From IMG/VR virus record IMGVR_UViG_3300005941_000003, positions 124,001 to 188,000 of that record: 64,000 nucleotides of DNA. One strand, 5' to 3'. Under the pieces are notes generated by a model, which was given only the letters and a program-made list of their open reading frames with translations, did not search any database and was not told the DNA's origin. Made by a program: the position numbers and the translations under genes. Position 1 is the stretch's first letter, and every line of letters starts with the position of its first letter. Positions 49,176-57,965 of the stretch are shown here, one piece after another.

Positions 49176-49204
49176 AGTATAGCACCTGAAAAATAAAAGT
49201 TCAA
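49176..49204 (-). promoter_or_regulatory. Sigma70-like promoter pointing antisense into rSAM #7
   Basis: Minus strand TTGAAC, 17 nt, TATACT with extended -10 TG; no substantial minus-strand ORF follows. Confidence 0.45.
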
Positions 49205-49235
49205 CTCTTTTTTTACTAGAAGTGGAAAAAATATT

Positions 49236-50441
49236 ATGAAAGATTCTGAAAATTTTTGTATACTACCATGGGTTCATATGCATATATGGCCTAACGGTAC
49301 TACCTATCCTTGCTGTTTAGCTACGAATGACTACGTGATAGGGGATACGAATACACACTCTATGCTAGAGATATGGAATAGTCCTAAGCAACGTATGCTA
49401 CGCAAGAACATAATGAGTGGTAAGCCTACGAGTGGGTGTACACGTTGTTATGAACACGAAGCTAATGGTATACGTAGTATGAGACAGAATATGAATAATG
49501 ACTATGCACATCATTATGATAGAGTAGACTTAACATACCCAGATGGTAGCTTAGATGATATACATATGGCTTATCTAGATATACGCTTCTCTAATATATG
49601 TAACATGCGTTGTCGTACATGTGGCCCTGAACTATCCAGTGGATGGGTAGATGATGCTGTAAAGACTGGTAGATATCGTGCAGATCAACCTAAGATATTA
49701 AAGATAAAGCCTACACTAGCAGAATTCTGGGAGGATGTAGAACCATGGATAGGCAGTGTAGAACGTATATACTTTGCTGGTGGTGAGCCGCTGATTATGG
49801 ATGAACACTATAAGATCCTAGAGCATTTGATTTCGATAGGTAAAACAGATATACCTATAGCATACAATACTAACTTTTCTCGCTTGACATACAAGAGCCA
49901 TGATGTTATAGAGTTATGGCGGCAGTTTAGTGATATTACAGTAGGTGCCTCACTAGATGCTAAAGGTAATCGCGCTGAGTATATGCGTAAGGGTACAGTA
50001 TGGGCTGACATCTGTGCTAACCGTGAACGTATGATACGTGAAGTCCCACATGTAAAGTTTATGATTAGTTCGACAGTAAGTGCTTATAATGTGATGACTA
50101 TAACTGAATTTTGGGATGATTGGATTACACGTGGATGGGTTGATCCTCTACAGATAGATGTGAATATGTTGCTATTCCCTGAACATCATCGTTTACAAGT
50201 GCTGCCAGAAGGTTTGCGTAACATTGCTAAAGATCGTATTGGGGAATATATCGAGCGGTGGGGTATACTAGAACGTGATGATAATGGTAGAACTAGTAGT
50301 GGATTACTTGGGTTAGTACGTGCGTTAGATGGTAGTGAAAAGGGTTGGTTTAAGTTCTGTCATAAGAATGTAGCGTTAGATGCTATACGCGGTGAGAGTT
50401 TCTATACTGTATTCCCAGAGTTCATGCCCTATGCGCTTTAG
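49236..50441 (+). CDS. Radical SAM protein with N-terminal Twitch-type domain (#8)
   Basis: FCILPW...PCC...CTRC; CNMRCRTC; AGGEPL. Confidence 0.92.
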   Translation: MKDSENFCILPWVHMHIWPNGTTYPCCLATNDYVIGDTNTHSMLEIWNSPKQRMLRKNIMSGKPTSGCTRCYEHEANGIRSMRQNMNNDYAHHYDRVDLTYPDGSLDDIHMAYLDIRFSNICNMRCRTCGPELSSGWVDDAVKTGRYRADQPKILKIKPTLAEFWEDVEPWIGSVERIYFAGGEPLIMDEHYKILEHLISIGKTDIPIAYNTNFSRLTYKSHDVIELWRQFSDITVGASLDAKGNRAEYMRKGTVWADICANRERMIREVPHVKFMISSTVSAYNVMTITEFWDDWITRGWVDPLQIDVNMLLFPEHHRLQVLPEGLRNIAKDRIGEYIERWGILERDDNGRTSSGLLGLVRALDGSEKGWFKFCHKNVALDAIRGESFYTVFPEFMPYAL

Positions 50442-51340
50442 TAAAGTTGTACACCGCGATTGTTTAACACAAGACGTTCCCAACCTTGATTAACCCATAC
50501 ATTTTGATTGTAGTCTAGTATTTCTTCTACAGTCATATCAGGGGTACATCCATCACGATATATAGCGGAGTGTAGTGTAAACTGCCCATGTTGTGGTGGT
50601 AACGGTTTACACTTTAAACCATGTACTACAACATCATGTAATGTTTCTTCGAACAATGAATCGTCTATGCGTGGTGTGCTGAAACGTTTTAACATCTGAT
50701 CTAAGTAATGATCCCCTATCATAGGGAATGCCCAAGATGCAGTAGCGTAACGCGCAACAAACCATGTATCATTCACAGCGGTGTTTTCAAATACACCATT
50801 GAAGTAAATTTGCCTACGGTTGATATGGCCAAATGGGTCTACATTCTTTCTAGTATGAAACTCGGGTACTAGATCGTAACGCCATTTAACGACATGACTA
50901 TAACTTGTACCAGTACTGGTTGCATACTCTAACATAGCTTTACTTGCGTGACTTACGGAGTATGCTTGTGAGAGATAACCGATACCCATAAGGTCACGGT
51001 TTTTACCCCAATTATTATAATGAGTTTCGTACAAATCTATTAACTCATGATATGAAGTTACAGTTGAGTATCTAGGTTGTAGTACACTTACATCAGTTAG
51101 TGGTACAGGTTTAATGCGTTCCCGTAACCAATTTGATGGTATATTGCCGGTCTTTAAGTTTGATCTGATTGATGCCCATTCTTCGTTATCATCTATTACG
51201 ATATCATCAGCGGTTTGATGACAAAAGAAATCCACATCATATCCACTGTTGCCCAACCCCTTGAATTGTTCTACAATACGAGGTGCGGTGTCAGCAATCG
51301 TGCGAGTTCTACCAGTCATTAATACAGCAATCTTTTTCAT
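50438..51340 (-). CDS. Glycosyltransferase-like protein (K-IAV...WRYDL family, #1)
   Basis: MKKIAVLMTG..R, VDFFCH, VVKWRYDL and VNDTWF motifs; paralog of 53112-54050. Start moved from 51376 to 51340. Confidence 0.55.
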   Translation of the reverse strand: MKKIAVLMTGRTRTIADTAPRIVEQFKGLGNSGYDVDFFCHQTADDIVIDDNEEWASIRSNLKTGNIPSNWLRERIKPVPLTDVSVLQPRYSTVTSYHELIDLYETHYNNWGKNRDLMGIGYLSQAYSVSHASKAMLEYATSTGTSYSHVVKWRYDLVPEFHTRKNVDPFGHINRRQIYFNGVFENTAVNDTWFVARYATASWAFPMIGDHYLDQMLKRFSTPRIDDSLFEETLHDVVVHGLKCKPLPPQHGQFTLHSAIYRDGCTPDMTVEEILDYNQNVWVNQGWERLVLNNRGVQLY

Positions 51341-51345
51341 ATATG

Positions 51346-51361
51346 TATTTAGTACTAAATA
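51346..51361. promoter_or_regulatory. Perfect 16-bp palindrome forming a bidirectional late promoter (CTAAATA on both strands)
   Basis: tatttagtactaaata; ATG 5 nt away on the minus strand (51340) and 6 nt away on the plus strand (51368). Confidence 0.75.
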
Positions 51362-51367
51362 TGGATA

Positions 51368-52078
51368 ATGATACATGAATTTAAGACTGGACGCAGTGGT
51401 TCTACAGTTGCATTAATCGCATATGGGAACGGTACTGCTATACACAAAACTAATGTACGGAATGCTGAGAAGGTGGTAGAGTTGATGCGTAACTCACCGC
51501 TACCAACACCAGTGGTATATGAATATACTGATAGTTCTATTACACTAGAGTATATACCTGGTATCCCTATGCGTAAGCACATCTATACTATGAACAAGAG
51601 TGAACTAGACCGTACTGTTGGGATATTGCGTGACTATATAAGTGATTGTCTCGCAAAGTCTACTCCCTATGATTATAGTGCTGAGATTGCTGCTAAAGAG
51701 TCGAGTACCGGATACCAGGCGCGAATCACCAATCCAGTCTTCCCCAAATACAATATACACGGTGATTTGACAATTGACAACCTTTTATGTTATGAAGGTA
51801 AAATATATTTCATAGACTATAACTATACTGAATTAGATTCCATATACTTTGATGTAAATAAACTACGACAAGACTTAGATGGGCTGTGGTTCGCACGTAA
51901 TCATACCCCCAATGTAACTGTTAAGATGAACTTAAACTATATCAAGCGACATCTAGACTGTGCATTTCCGGGAATGTTCCGTGATGATCTTTACAGATTT
52001 CAGTTAAGTCGTATACTCCCCTATGTGAGTGGAGCAGAACATGAGTTCATAATGAGAGAAATAAAACGATGCGAGTAA
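51368..52078 (+). CDS. APH/choline-kinase-like phosphotransferase
   Basis: GRSGS, LEYIPG, IHGDLTIDNLL, YFIDY and D..KLRQDL motifs. Confidence 0.8.
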   Translation: MIHEFKTGRSGSTVALIAYGNGTAIHKTNVRNAEKVVELMRNSPLPTPVVYEYTDSSITLEYIPGIPMRKHIYTMNKSELDRTVGILRDYISDCLAKSTPYDYSAEIAAKESSTGYQARITNPVFPKYNIHGDLTIDNLLCYEGKIYFIDYNYTELDSIYFDVNKLRQDLDGLWFARNHTPNVTVKMNLNYIKRHLDCAFPGMFRDDLYRFQLSRILPYVSGAEHEFIMREIKRCE

Positions 52079-53115
52079 TTGTGCCATGCGCTGGACGCAG
52101 TAGTAGATTCCCTAATACTAGACCTAAATATTTGTTAACAATGCCAGACGGAGAATTGATGCTACAACATGTAGTACGCAATTGGATAGAAGATTATCCG
52201 GTAACTGTTGTAATAAATCGTGAACACGAAGAACAGTATCGTGTAATAGATATTATAGAAAGAATATGGGGGAAACTAGTAAGTGTGCATATAGTTGAAC
52301 ACTATACTAATGGTCCTGCTGAAACTATATATGAGACTGTTAAAGCGTGGGATGACACACCGTTCTATGTGCAGGACTGTGATAGTTTGTTTAATATTAA
52401 ACTACCTGCCGTTAATCGTAACTTTGTAGCGCACGTAGACCTAAATGATTATCCTACTCTAACTAACATTGCTGCTAAGAGTTTTGTTACACTACACGAA
52501 GAACTGCTTTCAAACATTGTAGAGAAGCGATTGATTAGTGACAACGTATGTGTGGGAGGTTATGGGTTTCATAGTTCATATGGGTATAGACATCACTATG
52601 AACTGTTAGTAGAACGTCAAGGTAAAGATTCTGAACTATTCATATCACATGTTATCAAAACAATGATGGAAAACGGTTGCATATTCGGTGGGGTTCGTGC
52701 TATAAACTACTTAGATTGTGGTACATACGAATCATTTATAGAGAATCAGAAACGTCATGCCACTATATTCTGTGACCTTGATGGAGTAGTATTCTATAAT
52801 CAATCACGATACTTTGAGAACAACTATTCTATAGAACCTAAACTAAAGCCACAGGCAGTGTCATTCTTATTGGGTAAGCAAGAGAACGGTGCGCATATAG
52901 TGTTCACTACCGCCAGACCTAGTGGCGCTGCTGGCATAACTGAGGCTGCATTAGGTGCGGCCGGGTTTAAAGATTATAGAATACTATACGATCTACCACA
53001 TGCCCCACGTATGTTAATCAATGATGTGAGTGCATCTAACCCATGGCCTAGTGCTATAGCTATTAACTCACCACGTGATGATGACGATTACTGGAAAGCT
53101 GTACAAGAACGTTAA
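52069..53115 (+). CDS. Nucleotidyltransferase (GT-A / NTP_transferase) fused to a C-terminal HAD phosphatase
   Basis: IVPCAGRSSRF...PKYLL, GPAET, QDCD and DCGT; then FCDLDGV, FTTARP and LIND. Confidence 0.8.
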   Translation: MRVIVPCAGRSSRFPNTRPKYLLTMPDGELMLQHVVRNWIEDYPVTVVINREHEEQYRVIDIIERIWGKLVSVHIVEHYTNGPAETIYETVKAWDDTPFYVQDCDSLFNIKLPAVNRNFVAHVDLNDYPTLTNIAAKSFVTLHEELLSNIVEKRLISDNVCVGGYGFHSSYGYRHHYELLVERQGKDSELFISHVIKTMMENGCIFGGVRAINYLDCGTYESFIENQKRHATIFCDLDGVVFYNQSRYFENNYSIEPKLKPQAVSFLLGKQENGAHIVFTTARPSGAAGITEAALGAAGFKDYRILYDLPHAPRMLINDVSASNPWPSAIAINSPRDDDDYWKAVQER

Positions 53116-54050
53116 CCACCATAGCCTTCATTAGATATACTATGATCTGGTGGTATGTCTTGTCTAAACAGTCGCAAGTATTCATCTAGTTCGCCATCAT
53201 TTAGTTCAAAGAAATCACCCCGCACACTGACATTGGGTCTTACAAAGTTATCTGAAATTAAACCAGCAATTTTGTCGCATTCTGTGACTAATCTATGCAA
53301 ATTGTTTTGTGCGATGTACTGTAGAAATGCTGCTTCTAAGTATATACCGCGACTATCGCCTGTACGAGTTGCAGCATATACATCGGTATGAACAGTCTTG
53401 AATAACGGTATTGCAGATGAATTAAATCCAAACCAACGATCATTATTACCATCAATTAGTAATCCACCTATCTGATATGGTATATCACAGAGTATTGCAG
53501 GTGGTGAAGTCTTTTTAAAGAAGAACTGTTGTGCCTTTGCGATAAATGATGTTGGGGTATCTTGTAAATGTTCTACAACTAAATCTGCGAATGCTTTATA
53601 GTTAATCAACAGATCATAACGCCATCTGACTATCATATCGTAATTTGCAAGATCATATTCATGTAGTACACGTTGTAATCCCCAAAACTGTGCAGTTAAG
53701 TTTACATAAGGTATGAAATGATCGCGGTCTTCGTCAAATCCTTCTGCGCTATGCATATCACTAAACGAACTGCGAACTATACCTTTAGTATAAGGCCTTA
53801 GCGCAGTTACGGTGCGCTCTTGTAATTCTGGTGATTCGTCTGGTAAATGCTCTGTTAACGACAGAGACTTGAATACTGTACCACCATCCCAAACCCTAGG
53901 GAATTTACTATGATCATTCCACAAATGCAAGTAATAATCAACCGCCACGCCACGTCTACGCAATTCATCAAACGCTCCATACAGTGCATCATAGTTCTCA
54001 CTACGTGCATTACACAGTCCAACAAATACTACAGCTATACGTTTCTTCAT
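53112..54050 (-). CDS. Glycosyltransferase-like protein (K-IAV...WRYDL family, #2)
   Basis: MKKRIAVVFVG, VDYYLHLW, YDMIVRWRYDL and NNDRWF motifs. Confidence 0.55.
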   Translation of the reverse strand: MKKRIAVVFVGLCNARSENYDALYGAFDELRRRGVAVDYYLHLWNDHSKFPRVWDGGTVFKSLSLTEHLPDESPELQERTVTALRPYTKGIVRSSFSDMHSAEGFDEDRDHFIPYVNLTAQFWGLQRVLHEYDLANYDMIVRWRYDLLINYKAFADLVVEHLQDTPTSFIAKAQQFFFKKTSPPAILCDIPYQIGGLLIDGNNDRWFGFNSSAIPLFKTVHTDVYAATRTGDSRGIYLEAAFLQYIAQNNLHRLVTECDKIAGLISDNFVRPNVSVRGDFFELNDGELDEYLRLFRQDIPPDHSISNEGYGG

Positions 54051-54055
54051 AATAA

Positions 54056-54067
54056 TATTTATAAATA
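54056..54067. promoter_or_regulatory. Perfect 12-bp palindrome forming overlapping bidirectional TATAAATA late promoters
   Basis: tatttataaata; ATG exactly 5 nt downstream on both strands (54050 minus, 54073 plus). Confidence 0.8.
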
Positions 54068-54072
54068 TGGTT

Positions 54073-54981
54073 ATGATCGAATATGCTTATATAGAAACCA
54101 CCAATCACTGTAACCTACAATGCTCATTCTGCAATAGACATGAGGTTATAGGGCCACTACAACACATGCCATTACAACGGTTTACAAGATTAATGGAAAG
54201 GCTTAAGGATCATCCTATACATACAGCCAAACTAATGGGTATGGGGGAACCATTCATGCATCCACAATTCGATAAGATTACTAGTACATTTAAGGAATAC
54301 TTTCCCGAATCATTCTTAATCTCCGCTACTAACTGTCAATATACCCTATCACAAGCACCATGGTTCGTCAACTCCCTAAAGCATATTGATATGTTATATC
54401 TATCTATAGATGGGTATCAAGAAACATATGAACGATTCCGTCCACCAAGCAAGTGGAATAAACTAATAAAGTTCTTAGATGAATTATCTACAGTAGATAG
54501 ACACAATTGTCGTATAGTGGTTAATTATGTAGTAAATCCAGGCAATGTAGATGATATTGAACCAGTATATCATGACATCGTATTAAAATATAATCTAGCT
54601 GAATTACGTCTTAACATAGCACAAGACTGGAGTCAAGATAAAAACATGACGGGCGGGTATACCCCAGAACAACTAGAATATCTAAAAGGTTGGGATTCCG
54701 CTATACAGGGTAAAAGTGAATGGGATTATGATCAATGCTTCTGGGTAAAGAACGGTTTATACACTACTGTAGAGGGTAGAGTTCTAGCATGTTGTATGAA
54801 TACTGGTGCGAAAGAATTTGGGAATATATTTTCGGATACTATAGAGAATATTCATGGTGATCTAGAATTCATGAGAGTTAAACATGGGTGTGCCACTAAT
54901 AAGCCAACTGAACACTGTGCTAACTGTTCATATAAAGAATTGGTCCCTATACTGAAAGAACTGGGTATCCATCGTGCCTAA
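54073..54981 (+). CDS. Radical SAM protein with C-terminal SPASM/Twitch domain (#9, conventional architecture)
   Basis: IETTNHCNLQCSFC, GMGEPFMH, LSIDG and C-terminal C.W...ACC...G...C..C. Start moved from 54067 to 54073. Confidence 0.9.
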   Translation: MIEYAYIETTNHCNLQCSFCNRHEVIGPLQHMPLQRFTRLMERLKDHPIHTAKLMGMGEPFMHPQFDKITSTFKEYFPESFLISATNCQYTLSQAPWFVNSLKHIDMLYLSIDGYQETYERFRPPSKWNKLIKFLDELSTVDRHNCRIVVNYVVNPGNVDDIEPVYHDIVLKYNLAELRLNIAQDWSQDKNMTGGYTPEQLEYLKGWDSAIQGKSEWDYDQCFWVKNGLYTTVEGRVLACCMNTGAKEFGNIFSDTIENIHGDLEFMRVKHGCATNKPTEHCANCSYKELVPILKELGIHRA

Positions 54982-56065
54982 AATAAATCCACATATTCTA
55001 AACGTAGAACGTCATAGGGCTCCCTATAGTCCAGTGGATCGCGTACGGTTACATGCAAGTGAACGGGATGTCCCATTCTCAGATGAGTTGATGAGTGCGT
55101 TCTACAGTCGTTTAGATACCCATACGGTGAGTTATTATCCGAATACAGATAGTGGATATAGTGAACTATCACGTTTTTGTGGACATAATAAGAAACATTT
55201 AACTCTATATGAAGGATCCGATCGTGCTATACGGGATATCTTTACAGTATACGGTATACCGAATAGTGAATGTATTATGATGGACCCATGCTTTCCCATG
55301 TATTCCGTATACGCTGTTATGCATGGTTTAACGGTTAAAAGTATTCCAAACACGGTGGCCGTGTGGCCTAAATGGTTAGATGGGGTTTCTACAAGTATAA
55401 AAAAGGGTATAGACACGGTGGCCGACTGGCCTAAAAGGCCTTTCGATATTTTAATTAATTCTATTAATTCTAATACCTCTATAGTGATACTGTCTAATCC
55501 CGGTACTCCCTACGGAGAGTTATATAGTTATTCCGAATTAATTCATTTAATTTCCGTATGTGAGGGATTTAATTGTTTATTAGTTATAGATGAAGCCTAT
55601 ATAGAGTTTGCCGCTACTAGCAGTTTAGAGTGGAGTGCTATAGCGAGTGATAGTTGTATTGTTATACGTACTCTTAGTAAGGGATATGGGAGCGCCGGTA
55701 TACGTATTGGGTATACTATTAGTAGTGAATTGAATAGGGATTTATTATCCCGTGTGAGTAGTATGAATGTTATTAGTGCTCCGGCTGTTGTGTGGTTATC
55801 TATAGTGAATGATTATAGAAGTGAATTCGATAGTTATATATTATCCGTTATTACACACAGAGCTAGTATTGAGCATACGTGTAGATTGCGTGGTATTCCC
55901 TATATAGTGGGTAAGACTAACTTTGTGCATTTGGGATTTAGTTTTAGTGATAGATTTATTACGCGGCCAGTATTGATAGATGGGGTTGAGTATACACGAT
56001 TATCGGTACCGGGATGTAGTAATAGTATGCGTATGTTATTGGGAGAATTAAATGCGTTGGCGTAG
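54974..56065 (+). CDS. Class I/II PLP-dependent enzyme (HisC/CobD-like aminotransferase or decarboxylase)
   Basis: GSD.AI, PCFPMY, SNPGTPYG, IDEAYIEF and RTLSKGYGSAGIRIGY motifs; GTG start. Confidence 0.85.
   Translation: MPKINPHILNVERHRAPYSPVDRVRLHASERDVPFSDELMSAFYSRLDTHTVSYYPNTDSGYSELSRFCGHNKKHLTLYEGSDRAIRDIFTVYGIPNSECIMMDPCFPMYSVYAVMHGLTVKSIPNTVAVWPKWLDGVSTSIKKGIDTVADWPKRPFDILINSINSNTSIVILSNPGTPYGELYSYSELIHLISVCEGFNCLLVIDEAYIEFAATSSLEWSAIASDSCIVIRTLSKGYGSAGIRIGYTISSELNRDLLSRVSSMNVISAPAVVWLSIVNDYRSEFDSYILSVITHRASIEHTCRLRGIPYIVGKTNFVHLGFSFSDRFITRPVLIDGVEYTRLSVPGCSNSMRMLLGELNALA
55350..55440. repeat. Imperfect 23-bp direct repeat (63-nt period) with internal inverted repeats, inside the CDS
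   Basis: acacggtggccgtgtggcctaaa (55350-72) and acacggtggccgactggcctaaa (55413-35); hairpins acacgg-tgg-ccgtgt and ggcct-aaa-aggcc. Confidence 0.85.
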
Positions 56066-56717
56066 ACTGTTTACATTTGGATGTTCTTATACAGAATATT
56101 ATTGGGAAACATGGGCTGATATTATAGGGCGAGATTTGGGTATACCGTACTATAATTATGGATTAAGTGGTTGTGGTAATAGTTTAATTGCACATCGTAT
56201 GTTAGAAGCAGATATAGAACATGGTTTGAGTTCTGACGATTTAATATTAGTAAATTGGACTAGCTGGTGGAGAGAAGATCGTGTTAATCCGCGAGGGGAT
56301 TGGTTGGTACGTGGTCACATCTTTAATAACCCACATTATTCGGGTGAATTTATTAAACGTTATTGGAACACATATAATGATACTGCAAAGAATGCTGGTG
56401 CGATAATTAGTAGCAATCGTGCATTTCCAATTGTGTTTCAGTCTCACATGACTGATTATGAAATAGATGATTACGCCGATGCTTTGAAAAGTTTTTCTAC
56501 ATTGGTTTCTGCATTACCAGAAAAACATTTATTTGATGTTTCAAATAATTCTAAATTTGGCGGTACTAGTGCAGATGCGCACCCAGATATATTATGTCAT
56601 TTAAATCATGCTATTAAAATTTATGATTATTGCGGGTTAACTATGTCAGAGGAAACTGTAGAATGGTGTAATGCGCGACAAGAAGAACTAATAAATAGAA
56701 ATAAGAAAAAAACTTAA
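56052..56717 (+). CDS. SGNH-like protein (#4)
   Basis: LFTFGCSYT, NYGLSGCGN, VNWTS..REDR and DAHP motifs. Confidence 0.7.
   Translation: MRWRRLFTFGCSYTEYYWETWADIIGRDLGIPYYNYGLSGCGNSLIAHRMLEADIEHGLSSDDLILVNWTSWWREDRVNPRGDWLVRGHIFNNPHYSGEFIKRYWNTYNDTAKNAGAIISSNRAFPIVFQSHMTDYEIDDYADALKSFSTLVSALPEKHLFDVSNNSKFGGTSADAHPDILCHLNHAIKIYDYCGLTMSEETVEWCNARQEELINRNKKKT
56691..56697 (+). promoter_or_regulatory. Probable late promoter ATAAATA upstream of the full-length UDP-Glc dehydrogenase
   Basis: About 40 nt upstream of ATG 56736, with a GGAG SD in between. Confidence 0.45.
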
Positions 56718-56735
56718 AATAACGGAGAGTATTGA

Positions 56736-57965
56736 ATGAGTAAAATTGGATTTATTGGCGTTGGTAAACTAGGCATGCCCTGTGCAGAAACGGTTGCACG
56801 TAAGGGACATGATACGAAAGGTTACGATGTAGCACCACGTAGCAGTGAACATATCACAGTGGTGAATTCAATTGAAGAACTTGTACATGATCGTGATATT
56901 GTGTTTATTGCAGTACCTACACCACATGATCCTCTTTACGATGGCAATGCTCCAACTGCACATTTAGAGCCAAAAGACTTTGATTATTCTATTGTGCGAG
57001 AATGTATCATTGAAGCAAACAAACATATGAATTCTAGTCAATTACTAGTATTAATTAGTACAGTTTTGCCGGGAACAACTCGCCGTGAATTTATTAAACA
57101 TATTACTAACCCACGATTTGTTTATAACCCATATTTAATTGCGATGGGTTCGGTTGCATGGGATATGGTAAATCCAGAGATGGTTATGATCGGTACGCAA
57201 GATGGCGATGCTAATGGTGATGCGCGTGAATTAACTGATTTCTATCGTACAATTATGGAAAATGATCCTCGCTATGTAGTAGGTACTTGGGACGAATGCG
57301 AAGCAATTAAAGTATTTTACAATACATTTATTTCCGCTAAAATCGGTCTTGTTAATATGATTCAAGATGTTGCAGAGGCGCAAGGTAATATTAATGTTGA
57401 CGTAGTTACTGATGCACTAGCACAATCAACAATGCGTATTATGGGACCACAGTATATGAAAGCCGGTATGGGAGATGGCGGCGGTTGTCACCCACGTGAT
57501 AATATTGCACTACGATATATGGCAAGTGAATTAAATCTAGGCTATGATTTATTTGATTCGATTATGGGCGCACGTGAAATTCAAGCAAAGAATATTGCAA
57601 AGCGTCTTGCATATTATGCAACAAAGCATTCACTGCCAGTTGTTATTCACGGCAAAGCATACAAGCCAAATGTCCCATATGTCGAGGGCAGCTATTCTAT
57701 GTTAATCGGCAGCTATCTAGATGAAAGGGGCATTCATCATTATTATGTTGATCCATTGACAGGTGATACTGTTATTCCTTCTGGACCAGCTGTATTTTTA
57801 ATGGCTCACAGTGCGTCAACTACATATGAATATACTGGAAATACGCACGAAGATAAATTGTATTGTGAAATTCCACAAGGTTCAATTGTCATTGACCCAT
57901 GGCGTAAATTCGAAAAAGTGGATGGCATTACTGTTTATCATTATGGAAATTCGAGACAGAATTAA
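56736..57965 (+). CDS. UDP-glucose/GDP-mannose 6-dehydrogenase family protein (full length)
   Basis: GFIGVGKLG, IAVPTP, STVLPGTT, KVFYNTFIS, GDGGGCHPRD, GKAYKP and IDPW motifs. Confidence 0.9.
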   Translation: MSKIGFIGVGKLGMPCAETVARKGHDTKGYDVAPRSSEHITVVNSIEELVHDRDIVFIAVPTPHDPLYDGNAPTAHLEPKDFDYSIVRECIIEANKHMNSSQLLVLISTVLPGTTRREFIKHITNPRFVYNPYLIAMGSVAWDMVNPEMVMIGTQDGDANGDARELTDFYRTIMENDPRYVVGTWDECEAIKVFYNTFISAKIGLVNMIQDVAEAQGNINVDVVTDALAQSTMRIMGPQYMKAGMGDGGGCHPRDNIALRYMASELNLGYDLFDSIMGAREIQAKNIAKRLAYYATKHSLPVVIHGKAYKPNVPYVEGSYSMLIGSYLDERGIHHYYVDPLTGDTVIPSGPAVFLMAHSASTTYEYTGNTHEDKLYCEIPQGSIVIDPWRKFEKVDGITVYHYGNSRQN

